DNA of 64,000 bases, taken from positions 10,106,001 through 10,170,000 of the forward strand of contig JBHGNT010000001.1 in the NCBI GenBank assembly GCA_043228905.1. Direction: 5' to 3'. Of this stretch, positions 13,997-25,030 are shown piece by piece. The notes below the pieces were generated by a model that searched no databases, had not been told where the DNA came from, and worked only from the letters and a program-made list of their open reading frames with translations. Numbering within the stretch: position 1 is the first letter of the stretch; each line of letters opens with the position of its first letter. The position numbers and the translations under genes were made by a program. This DNA is from Azolla caroliniana. Lineage: Eukaryota > Plantae > Polypodiophyta.

Positions 13997-15801
13997 ATGG
14001 TTTACACAGTACAACAGAGGAACTCTAATGCAGCGCCCCCGACATCCTCTTCACGGTCAGTTATCACAGTCGTCTTCACACCGGAAGAAGAAGTTATGCT
14101 GAAAACAGAGGTAAGTCGTTTGCACTCCTATTCAATAGTGTGCAGAGTTATAGGATTAAGACCAAATAGAGGAGAATTGAGAGATCTCCTCCAGGCAGCC
14201 TTTCAACATCGGATTAGCAAAATAATTGATGTTCAATTCCTTGGACATGGTTTCTATCATTTAGAATTGGATACGGACGAGTCCATATTGATAATGTTAA
14301 ATGCTAATATGATTAATATTCGCAATGCAATTGCTTGTTTTATGCCATGGCAATCAGGCTTTGACCCCGTCCAAATGTTAAGTTCCGGACATCAGCTGAT
14401 TCCGATTTCAGTAGTTTTCCCAAGAATTCCTAAAGAATACATGGTTGTGCTTCCATCAATCGCAGCAAGAATCAGTACGTTCTTCCCCCACGGGTGGAGG
14501 CATTAGAAACGAAGATGTTAGGATACTCATCAATTCAGATATTAGTTCCCTCAATGGAAAATTTACCGTCTCAGGTACTTTTACCATCAATTACCGGGAA
14601 TTCAACGTTTATGCAAAAATTAGAATACGTAGGTATGCCCAAACAATGCTTTTATAGTAAGCAAAAAGGTCATGTATTAAAAGATTGTCCAAAAAAAAAG
14701 AAGGGATTTGGATCCCAGAATGGTCGAAGTAATGAACATATAGAGGCTAATCAATTTAATTTGAATAAAAGTCAACAATCACCTCTAGGTGAAGGAATTG
14801 AGAAAGGGAAGAATGTTCAGGCTTCCAAGGATGATAAAGGGAAAAGTATTCAACCCTCCCAAGATGAGATGTGGAAACCAATTGAAAAAAGGCACACAAT
14901 ACCTAATAAGATCATAAAAGCTAAGAGTGATCACGTAAATATAAGGCGTTATGAAGTCTTACAAGAATTGGATAACTCTTTGCCTCAAAATGATGTTCAT
15001 GTATGCCAAACCAGTAAGGGTTCCGAACAATCTACTCTTGCTGGAGAAGAGACCGAATCAGTCAATAATCTCGTTATGTCCACTCAGGGTAAAACAAAAA
15101 CGGTATCAAGTAAAGAACATTTAAAAGTGTCTAATACATCTCGACCAAGTCATAGATCTATAAAAAGATCATCTAGCTTGAGGGGGCTGAATGCAAACTT
15201 CATTCGCACAACCCCGATAAATTCCTTACTAGAAAATAATTGTGATGTTGCAGTCACTAGATGGAATGCCACATATGGATTTGAGTTTTTGAAATCTTTG
15301 GGAGACATGGTTGATAATGGGGATGCAGCAATACGAGTTCATGTCCTTTTCAGATCTATGCAATATCTAGTTGGATTTTCCTTTCCTTTTTGTGGATATG
15401 ATAAACAAACATGGGTAACAACGGATGTTCGATTGGCTGTTAGACAGCAAACATTACATTTTGCAAAATATGTTAATTGTGACAATTTTGGGGAAGCATT
15501 ATTAAGGGGACTTGAGGGAGCAACTATGCAACTTTTGCCAGTGTTTGATGTGATGGGGCGGAGGCAGGTGGTTGTTGCTTTAGACTCTGAGATTCTTCCA
15601 AATTGTGGATATAAATATATTCATGAAGATGGGTTATCGGAAGGCCAAGTATTAGCTAAAGCTCATCATTATTATAGAATGGTATGTGATGCGATACCCT
15701 TATCAGGTTTAATAAGTGGTGAGCAAGATGGCAATGAGGTCACTCTAGAGCCATTAGCGAAAAACATGAAAATGGCATCACAACAACCTAAAATTTCTTA
15801 A
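13997..15801 (+). pseudogene. LINE ORF1 (DUF4283/RRM-like plus degenerate zinc knuckle), one frameshift at ~14500
   Basis: VQFLGHGFYHLEL...FMPWQSGFDP, then EYVGMPKQCFYSKQKGHVLKDCP. Confidence 0.8.
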
Positions 15802-18800
15802 ATGCGAGTGATGCCATGGAATGTTCATGGTTTAGGGGGGGCCTTATATAGACGATACAAACATCGTCTCCGTCAAGAAATCAACAAATGCATAGTGGGT
15901 GGATCCCTAGATTTTCTTTTAATACAAGAACATCATCTAAATACGTTTAGAATTTCTCGTTACAGTTCTATTCTACTTGGGAACTGGGACATGTTTTGGT
16001 CTCCCGCAATAGGCAATACGGAAGTCCGAGGAGGGGTTTGTATGGCTATTTCACAAAGGTGGATGTCATCCATTATCCAAAAACAAGTGGTTATTCCGAG
16101 AAGGGCTCAATTTGTTATTATACAAGAGGAAGAGATTACATGGGGATGTTTAAATATATATGCTCCCAATATTGCATCGGCTCGGCAACAATTTTGGAAA
16201 GATATATTAAATAAATTGCCTTCTCTTGATCATTGGTGTATTGTTGGTTATTTTAATATGCTTGAGGATCCCATCGATAGAATGGGAGGTAGCTCAGTCA
16301 CGATACATGGCCATGAATTAGCTATGTGGGAGCAATTGGTGTTTTCCTTATAAATGTTAGACGCTTGGCATGCTCCTTCCATGGTTCGTACAAACACCTC
16401 ACTTTTGTTTTCAAGATCAGATAGGCGAGTAAATGGTACTAATCTAGCTCGCTTGGATAGATTTTACTTATCTGGCAAATTTCTTTCAGCAACTGGTACG
16501 GTGCATATAATGCCAGGAACTACCTTTTCTGATCATGCTCCAATTATTCTTACACTCTCGACTCAAAAGAATAAAGAATTTGTCAATCTGAAGATTCCTG
16601 AAAACCTGTTGTTAGACAATAGTTTCTCATTACAGGTGATTGATTTATGGTCGCAAAAAGATGTTGGACAATAATCAATGACTATGCGGGTAGCTAATGG
16701 CCTACGAAGTATTTCAGAATTTTTCAGGTGTAAATCTAAGGAAAGGTTTCTTATGATGAAAGAAAAGGAGAAAAGGTCTCGTACTTCTCTTATTTCTTTG
16801 CAACGGGTACAAGAACGTTATCCACATTGTACTTGGATTGCCGAGAAACTTGGGTCAACAAAACAAGAACTTGCTGAAATATTAGAAAAGCGTGCAGAAT
16901 TTCAATATCATCGTAGGACAGCTAATTGGACTCAAACGGGTGACAAATGTACAACTGAGTTTTTTCATGCAAAGAGACCTAATTATAATGTGGTTTCAAT
17001 CAAACAACTACAACATGAGAATGGGACCATCTCATCTGACCCTCAAGTAATGAGAGAAATAGCCACACAATACTATTCTAACCTACTATTAGTTGTTTCC
17101 TTCTCTGATGAAGAATTATTATGTCGGTCACATGTATGGAATAAGTTGAATTCAAGAATAACACAGGATATGAATGTGCGTCTTCAAGATGTTCGTACAT
17201 GTCATGAACTGACTGAAGCACTTCACGCTGTCGTGCCTTTCGGCTCCGGATCGTTGCGTGAGTCGGGTGGGAACCGCCGAGGTTTTGGACTAGGAGAAAG
17301 AAAAATATGAGATGAGGCTAGTAATGAATAGATTATTAGAAAGAGAGATAGAAATTTCGTGAATCCCACGAGTGTATTGTATTCGATTAATCAATATTTA
17401 GATAAGAATATGTATTTAGATTGAAAGAAAGATATAAGAAACTTGTGAATCCCACAAGTATAGATTATATTATTTTCGTGAATCCCACGATTATATTAAT
17501 CGGTTGGTGTTTTCGGAAATATATCCAATTTCCAAATATTTCACACACAATTACATTGTGCTCCCCATCCTTATGTAGTGATGAGGAAGTCTTAGTAATC
17601 CATGCTTTTTCTCTAACTATAGACCCCATGCTTTTCCTATAGATAGACTATATGCGTTATCTAAAGTGATCATGCTTTTTTCTAACTTGTGCGTTTTTTA
17701 TCATGCACGCTAGATGTGTATGTGTAGCTTTTTCTTTTGTTATGCGTTTTTCTAATGTTTATCCTAGCGTGAATTTACCTTTCTATGTGGGACATCTATG
17801 CTTTAACACTAATGAAATGCTAGTGTAATGGTAAGACATTACATTATTAACATGGAGGTGCAAGGTTCGAATCTTGCCCTATGCATGTTCCATTTATTTT
17901 GCTATTTTCTTCTATTTCTTCATTTTTTATTGAATCTAATACTATATACGTTTTTCACGTAGTGTACAAAATACACTACGACAACGCTTTGCCTAAAAAT
18001 TGTTGTCCAGGTGTGGATGGTCTAACCCCAACATTCTTTATTAAATATTGGGACGTATTCAAAGTAGATTTATGCACAGCATTTCAGCAAATTCTTCGAG
18101 AGGGTAATATACCTTCCTAGTTTACGGAAGGATTGATTTATCTTATCCCTAAATCAGATGGTCCTTCACTTGACATCAAGAGATGGCGGTTGATTACACT
18201 ACTAAATACAGTGTATAAAATTTTAGCTAAAGCAATTAGTATAAGACTTAGTACCATAATACCTACAGTTATACATCCAACTCAAACAAGATTCATTCAA
18301 GAAAGAAGTATTTTGGATAATGTGTACACATTTTGGGAATCTGTGGCTTTGGCAACCAAATCTAATCAAAAGTTGGTTGTTGTTATGCTTGATTTTGAGA
18401 AAGCCTATGATCGTGTTGACTGGGAATTTTTACAAGGAGTATTGACTCGCTTTGGAATTTCAAAAGAATGGATAAAAGGAATTTCCTCATTATATAATAC
18501 TACACAAAGCCGAGTCTTGTTGGCTGGAGATTATGGCCCTTTGTTTTATATTTCTCGATCAGTTCGTCAAGGTTGTCCACTGGCTCCCTTCCTATTTCTG
18601 TTTTTTGCTGAGGCAATGATTTCCTTTTTGAATGCTACTGAGATTGGTATACGTGGACTATGCATTCCACTCTCACATATAGAAGTAAGGGATGTTGAAT
18701 TTGCAGATGACACTGCCCTATACTTAAAAGGTGATTTGGAAAATTTGCAAAAAACAGAAATGGCCATATCCACATTCTGTAAGGCTTCATGTGCATTGGT

Positions 18801-20903
18801 TAATTGGAACAAGTCCTATGCATTTTGGGTGGGAGATGTAAATCCTCCGTTATGGAATCCGCATCCGCAATTTCGATGGATACCATCAGGTTGCCTAGTT
18901 CGGTACCTAGGATGTACTATAGGTATTGATCTTTCGATGGAAAATCAACTGGCTCCCCTCTTAGTGTCTTTGAGGCAAAAATTGTTATTATGGAGTTCAA
19001 CCAAGTTGTCTTTTGCTAGTCGGATTGTAGTTGCCAATCAGGTTTTATTGGCTTCAACATGGTATGTTTTGTCGTGTTGGATATTCTCCAAGTCATGTAT
19101 TCTGAAAATACGCAGATTGATTCGTAATTTTCTATGGTCTGGAAAATCGGAAGGCAATGCTCGGTCTAAAGTAAAATGGGATGTTATTACCTTACCTCGC
19201 TCTAAAGGGGGACTATGTATTATTGATCTAGTATACCAATCAAGAGCATTATTAAGTAAGTTGCTCATTAGAGGATTTACGCCGGGGAAAGAGATATGGA
19301 AAGTACTATTGCTTAACCGTTGTTCAGATTGCTCTCCTCAATTAGGTGCCCCCTGGTCTAAGGATGTAAATTGGATATTTAGGGAAAATTTCAGAGTACC
19401 TACAGCCAACAAGTGGGAAGACAAGTTTATTAGAACATTATTTTCAGCATGGAAACAAGTATTACCTGGTTTGCTTCGCAATAAACCTAAACCCAAACAT
19501 TATCTTGAGTATCTCAGACAAAGGATAGTCTGGAATCCGTTGTTTACAACATCAGATGGTTCACTGTTGGGTTCTAGACAATGGTTATCGTGGGGAAAAA
19601 TGGCAGAAGGTCCTACAAAAACAGTTCAGACATGGCAACATTTTTTTATCACGGTCATGGGAAGAACAAAAAGAAATCCTAGGTAGTATGCATGGTGGCC
19701 AAATAATGTATCAACAAATTCAAGATGCTATGAGTAGATTCCCCATTCCACCCAATAACTCTAACCACATATGGGTTGGGGTTTATTCAAGATTGGAAGT
19801 ACTCTTGGTTGTTATGGGATATTCAAATGATAAGACCTACCGATCTTTTGAGGTGGATGAAGCAAACCAATTGCCACAGTCCGGGGGAATGAGGATAGAT
19901 TACCCTTATGCTCTGGAACACAAGATAAGAGTCATCGGATATGCTGACCGGAAATGGTACATTGATCCAATGATTGAGGAAATAAAGACACATTGGAAGT
20001 TGTGGGTGTTGGCTAAAAAACCGGTATTCATATTAGAATGGGATCCAATGGATTATCAGTGGACAAATCCTTTTACGGGTAACAAGTTCAATTTCTTCCA
20101 ATATTCTGTACAATTAGGAAGACATGTGCTTTTAGATACACGAGATGTGATACCGGTTGCATTTCAATATTGGAATCAACAAGGTATTACTCCCCAATTT
20201 CTTGCAAATTTCTGGAGTATTATGGGCAAGAAAACAACCGCATCAAATATTGCATGTACAGTGGTTACTTGTACATCGAGCCTTGCTGGTTGGCACATGG
20301 ATGCATAGGATGGGAGTAGATTCTACCTGTGCACGATGCCATTTACAAATGGAAACTCAAAAACATTGCTTATGGGAATGTACTGAGTCTCAACTGATAT
20401 GGCAACGTCTCCTTAGAATTTTTGCTAACTATTTCTCCCCATTGGTTTTCACTTGGGGCAAGGTGGTTTGGACATCTCTTGTCCGTGATGCATTTCATTA
20501 TGATACCAAATCTATGGACCATGGATTTTGCACTAAATTTGGAAAAGTTCATAAAGTGCCATTATTGTCATTACAGTTTATAGGAATACGAAAGGAAGTC
20601 CAACCAGTATGGGAGATATTGAGTAGTACCACTATATATCATATTTGGAAGGTTAGGTGCTCTCTTATTTTCCATCAACTGAAAACACCACCGGCCGAAT
20701 TGGCTTCAAATATTTGGTTAGACATAGTTCATACTTTGAAGGGACAATGGGATGGTATTATTGGAGATTCTAATGCTAAAATTGCTCAACGGCATGAGTT
20801 TATCACTACATGGAAAGCTACTCCATTCATGACAGCCAACTGTGGTATTCCTCATTGGCATTTTCAACCTCCGAAATTGTTGTTTCCCCCCCCAATCACA
20901 TAG
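15802..20903 (+). pseudogene. LINE ORF2 (APE endonuclease, RT, zf-RVT), disrupted by stops, frameshifts and a solo LTR
   Basis: Endonuclease motifs WNVHG, LIQEHH, NIYAPN, RLDRFY, FSDHAPI. RT motifs LDFEKAYDRV, RQGCPLAP, FADD. C-terminal motif CARC...ETQKHCLWEC. Confidence 0.92.
17229..17983. mobile_element. Solo LTR (TGTCG...CGACA) inserted in LINE ORF2, 4-bp TSD ACGC
   Basis: ACGC at 17225-17228 and 17984-17987. Removal restores TEALHA|LPKNCCPGVDG in ORF2. Confidence 0.88.
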
Positions 20904-21057
20904 AATTTTAATTTTGTAAAATGATTACACTAATGACAAGATATCTTTTATAATTTTAAAATTTTAAAAAATATGTATATGTGATGTAATATATGCATAT
21001 GTAATGTATTTATATATGTATGTGTATGTATATATGTACGTATTGTAGTCTATGATA

Positions 21058-21093
21058 AACACGTTCGCGTTCACAAGTGGAAGGATCGCGCAT
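21058..21093 (+). repeat. Left terminal inverted repeat (36 bp)
   Basis: Reverse complement of 37099-37134 at 34 of 36 positions. Confidence 0.92.
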
Positions 21094-21415
21094 AAATGGA
21101 AGGATAAGGGAAATTTTAGGGCTTTTTCAATGATTTTACAAAACACATTGATACCAATATCATACATGTGCAAACATACTATGAAAAAGGTTAAAAATCC
21201 ACTATTTTCGTGATTTAGAAGTAACTAAAAAAAGACGAATTTCAAAAAGATACATTCTCAATTTATATCACAAACTTTACAACCAATGTTATTTTATAAG
21301 AAACGATTTTTTAGAAATCATAAGAATTCAAAACACATGCTTTTATATTACTCGATTTGTTACAAGCGGAATGTAGTTACACTTAATAGCCAAATATACA
21401 TTCATGATCACTCCT

Positions 21416-24196
21416 TTACGGAGAATCACTACTATAACTAATATACAATGACGATTCCTCCTCATCATCCTCGGATGTACCAATCAGTGCATTATCTTCG
21501 TCATAAACCAAATGGTTTGACTCTAGATTATATGTAGCAAATCTCGTTTGCCTTTGACTCGAGCCACCTTGTAGACCTGGTAATTTTTCTTTTATTATAT
21601 CTATTGTTGACTTCCTTAATCGTCCGGCTTTTGTAAGTGTGAAGTCGTACACGATGATATCCACATCAGAGATATCAAGGGTCGAGGTGTTACGAATGTT
21701 TCGCTTCCTCTTCCTACCTCCCCTTCTTGTTGGGCATTCAATCATCTCCAATGTATACTTACCTGTAAAAGCATTTGCACTTCTAGTGTTGTACCAATGA
21801 ACATTTATAGACTTGATCGTGTTTTCTATTTCATGCATTAGCACTTCTAGAATTTTACCAACCCAAAATTGGTGGCCATGTGAGTTCTCATCAACCGGCG
21901 TTGCAATCAACATCCCCGCGGTGAGCTCTTGCAAATTGCCTTGCCATCTAGCTTCAGCTGCTTTGGTCATCCTTGGTCCCACATAAATGTCTCTTTGTTG
22001 TGGATGGACTAAGCTATCATTAATCGCATTTACTAGTTGCTCCGGAGTTCTATTTACGCGATCATGTTGCAGCGACCATGTGAATGGCGTTTCCAAATTC
22101 CAATTATCAACAGATACACAATTGTCTATAATTTCTTTCTGATCACTATAAAATACATCCCACCATGACGTGTCTTGTTGTGCGGCATATTTCTTGGCGG
22201 CCTCAATATGCTTTCTTTTTTCTTCTAAGGCTTGGAGCCATGACCGTTTTTGTTCTGATACCAAGTCACTCTGCAACTGTCCTTTCTTTTCAATTGGCAT
22301 TTGCTTAGTTCCATGGACAATTGTACTCGGCATACAAAGTAATAACTGGCAACCACCTTCAGGTTCCCATGTTGTAGAAGATGAATATTGTTTAGCATAC
22401 AAAAGTGTAGAACCACTTATTCCATTTTTCTTTATCATAAAAATGTGATTGAAACTTATATTGTTTAACTGAGCAAGCACTTTAACATTCCCACCACCCC
22501 CATCTAATATATATCTCTTAAAGTCATATACCTCCTTCAAGTGTAACACTTTTGGGCGTGGTGTATATGCATCACAAATGACATCAAATAGTTTAGGTAA
22601 AGTGAAAGCATCATGCCGAGACAACTGTCTGGAGAATGTGCTAAACATCTGATCTATATGGTCATGTGTGTGGCCAACCAAAAGGAAATTGACTTTCACT
22701 TTCCTAAACAATTCTTGGTTGACCAACATACTTAGATAGCCAAATACAGTTGAATTTTTGTTCTCTCTAGCAGTATTGTCCAATTGAATGTATAGAACAG
22801 GGGGGAAAGGTTGGCCCCAAGACATCAAAACTCGGTGAATCACTGTAACTGTTAGGTTAGGGTCATTGTGAACATTGGGGTAAGTAATGAAGACGTGAGG
22901 TCGAACAGACCTATTATAAGCCAAGCATCCCACCAAGTGCATTTGAACAAGGCACTCATCATTGACATCTTTGGGGAGCCTCCGCATATGCGGCAAGCAT
23001 GTCTTCTTCTGGTCCATGCCATCTATCATTAAGCACATGTATTGTTCGGGCCTCTTCAAACACTTCTCTCTATGATGCATCGCCTTCTTTCGTTCTAAGG
23101 ATTGTGCCTCACGATGCTCTTGTAGTAACTTCTTACTCGTATCCTTTTCCATTGATGTCTTTGCACCTTTAGCCAAACTTTTAAGATTTGCACAAATGGA
23201 GCAATACCCCATACGTACTTTACGAGGAATAATAACATTTGAAAACCGAGCTCTCCATAATCTTGTGAATTGGCTATAGGTGATAGACTTATTACGTGAG
23301 CCCAGCATATCAGATCGATAGACATCATAAACTTCCCGACGTGTATAATTATCAGAAAGGTGCATCCTACCTGTAGTGGGCATTACTTCACAATTTAACT
23401 GAAAGTAAGTTTTCATCCAACCAATAGCATGTCTTCCAATTGCACCTTTCATACTTGGAACCTCTTTACAATTGAGCATCTGATCCCCGCTAAGTAGACG
23501 TTTTTGTACTCTATGTAGCCGCATGTTACTAACACATAACGCAATTTTGAATGCAACTCTACATATCTGTTGTGCATGGAAGATGTAATACTCGAATGAT
23601 ACTTTGATCCCCGTACATTTGTCGGATACTAGTTGCATATGTGACCCGAGGTAAGTGTCTTGCTCATCACCGGTCATCGAAAAATAGTATCGCCTTAATT
23701 CTCGCAACTTTGATTTTCCAATCATAGACATACAACCACGGGCACAACATATTTTTTTGACATCAAATCCAATCTGTTTATCTGATGTCACCAAGCTAAA
23801 TCTAGCCAGACGAATTCTTCGTGGGATTCTTCTAATATGCATAGGGCTCCCAGATTTCTCTTCCTGCATAGAGGTTGGTGTAACCTTGTTACAATCTAAT
23901 TCTCTGTTGTGACCATCACCAATGTTATTCAATGTTTCCTGGGCACTACCTTCATTCTCCATATCTTTATTAATATCGTATTCTTCAATAGAGAACTCTT
24001 CACATGTGTCATTATTTACATTCCCTGTAGATGAGCTCAGACAATATTCTTCGATAGAATATGGTGAGTCTGTCGACAGACAATATTCTTCAATCGAATA
24101 TGGTGACTCTGTCGACAAACAATACTCTTCAGTAGAAAACGATGAGTTTGATGACAAACAATATTCTTCAATCGAGAACGGTGAATCTTCACTCAT
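21416..24196 (-). CDS. 926-aa DDD-type transposase, Sola-like (DUF7869-like)
   Basis: Uninterrupted ORF inside the TIRs. Motifs include GYCSIC...H, LMIDGMDQKKT, LYIQLDNTARENKN and FLLVGHTHDHIDQMFS. The 4-bp TSD is consistent with the Sola superfamily. The family name is inferred from motif recall, not from a database search. Confidence 0.8.
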   Translation of the reverse strand: MSEDSPFSIEEYCLSSNSSFSTEEYCLSTESPYSIEEYCLSTDSPYSIEEYCLSSSTGNVNNDTCEEFSIEEYDINKDMENEGSAQETLNNIGDGHNRELDCNKVTPTSMQEEKSGSPMHIRRIPRRIRLARFSLVTSDKQIGFDVKKICCARGCMSMIGKSKLRELRRYYFSMTGDEQDTYLGSHMQLVSDKCTGIKVSFEYYIFHAQQICRVAFKIALCVSNMRLHRVQKRLLSGDQMLNCKEVPSMKGAIGRHAIGWMKTYFQLNCEVMPTTGRMHLSDNYTRREVYDVYRSDMLGSRNKSITYSQFTRLWRARFSNVIIPRKVRMGYCSICANLKSLAKGAKTSMEKDTSKKLLQEHREAQSLERKKAMHHREKCLKRPEQYMCLMIDGMDQKKTCLPHMRRLPKDVNDECLVQMHLVGCLAYNRSVRPHVFITYPNVHNDPNLTVTVIHRVLMSWGQPFPPVLYIQLDNTARENKNSTVFGYLSMLVNQELFRKVKVNFLLVGHTHDHIDQMFSTFSRQLSRHDAFTLPKLFDVICDAYTPRPKVLHLKEVYDFKRYILDGGGGNVKVLAQLNNISFNHIFMIKKNGISGSTLLYAKQYSSSTTWEPEGGCQLLLCMPSTIVHGTKQMPIEKKGQLQSDLVSEQKRSWLQALEEKRKHIEAAKKYAAQQDTSWWDVFYSDQKEIIDNCVSVDNWNLETPFTWSLQHDRVNRTPEQLVNAINDSLVHPQQRDIYVGPRMTKAAEARWQGNLQELTAGMLIATPVDENSHGHQFWVGKILEVLMHEIENTIKSINVHWYNTRSANAFTGKYTLEMIECPTRRGGRKRKRNIRNTSTLDISDVDIIVYDFTLTKAGRLRKSTIDIIKEKLPGLQGGSSQRQTRFATYNLESNHLVYDEDNALIGTSEDDEEESSLYISYSSDSP

Positions 24197-24895
24197 GGCT
24201 TAAGGTCTAGATAGGGCTATATAAGTTATGTGCTTAGGGTAAGGAAAAAAACTAATAAGCTCCTCTCTAAACATATACTCCTCTCTAAACATAAACTTCT
24301 CTCTAAACAAAAGCCAAATCAATAGAATATCTATATTATGTAATATTATATTAATACAATACATAAAAAATTTATTTTTAATAAAGTAATTGTATTTAAA
24401 ATATCAATTATTATTTAAACTACATCTATATGAAGTTAAATCAAGTATAATATAAATCTAATCATTAACAAGCCATAAATATGTTGGATTAATGTTAAAA
24501 TCATTGGCTAATTAATGGCACCCATTTTGATATAGAACCTCTCACTCATTGGTTCTTTAATGCTCACCATTTTAAATATTAGACTTATCAATCATTGGTT
24601 AATTCATGCCCACATCTTTAATACACAACATTTGAGAGTCATAAAAATTGTGGCTTTTAGTAATCAATCATTGGTACATTCATGAACCTCTATCATTGTC
24701 TCCTTCATGACCTTTGAAGTCATTGCAGGTTGTTATGACTATAAAAGATTGATCAATATGTTAGTTTGACTTTGTAATCATTAATGCAATCATAAGTTAC
24801 TCTAGTTAATGTGACTGTGGTTACTAACTAACTATCCTCAAACTTACCAACCTTGGTTAAGGTGACTATGGTTACTTTAACCAATGTGGTCAATC

Positions 24896-24906
24896 CCTAT
24901 AAATAG
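24896..24906 (+). promoter_or_regulatory. Putative TATA box of the ParB-methyltransferase gene
   Basis: CCTATAAATAG about 130 bp upstream of the predicted ATG at 25031. Confidence 0.5.
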
Positions 24907-25030
24907 GAAGACCTCGTCATATTTCACTCACAAGAGCGTACAGAGCGTACAGAGCGTACAAAGCACACAGAGCACACAGAGCACAAAGCACAAAAGCGCG
25001 ATCTCCGCCTCCACTGCCACACGATCAACC

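Larger units (their letters stand above)
13906..20972 (+). mobile_element. Full-length L1-clade LINE with 17-bp TSD
   Basis: TSD ATGTATATGTGATGTAA at 13889-13905 and 20973-20989. ORF1 and ORF2 are both present, followed by an A/T-rich tail. Confidence 0.92.

Noticed and set aside
17815-17885. Functional tRNA gene
   Set aside because: The A and B boxes are present, but acceptor and anticodon stems cannot be formed convincingly.
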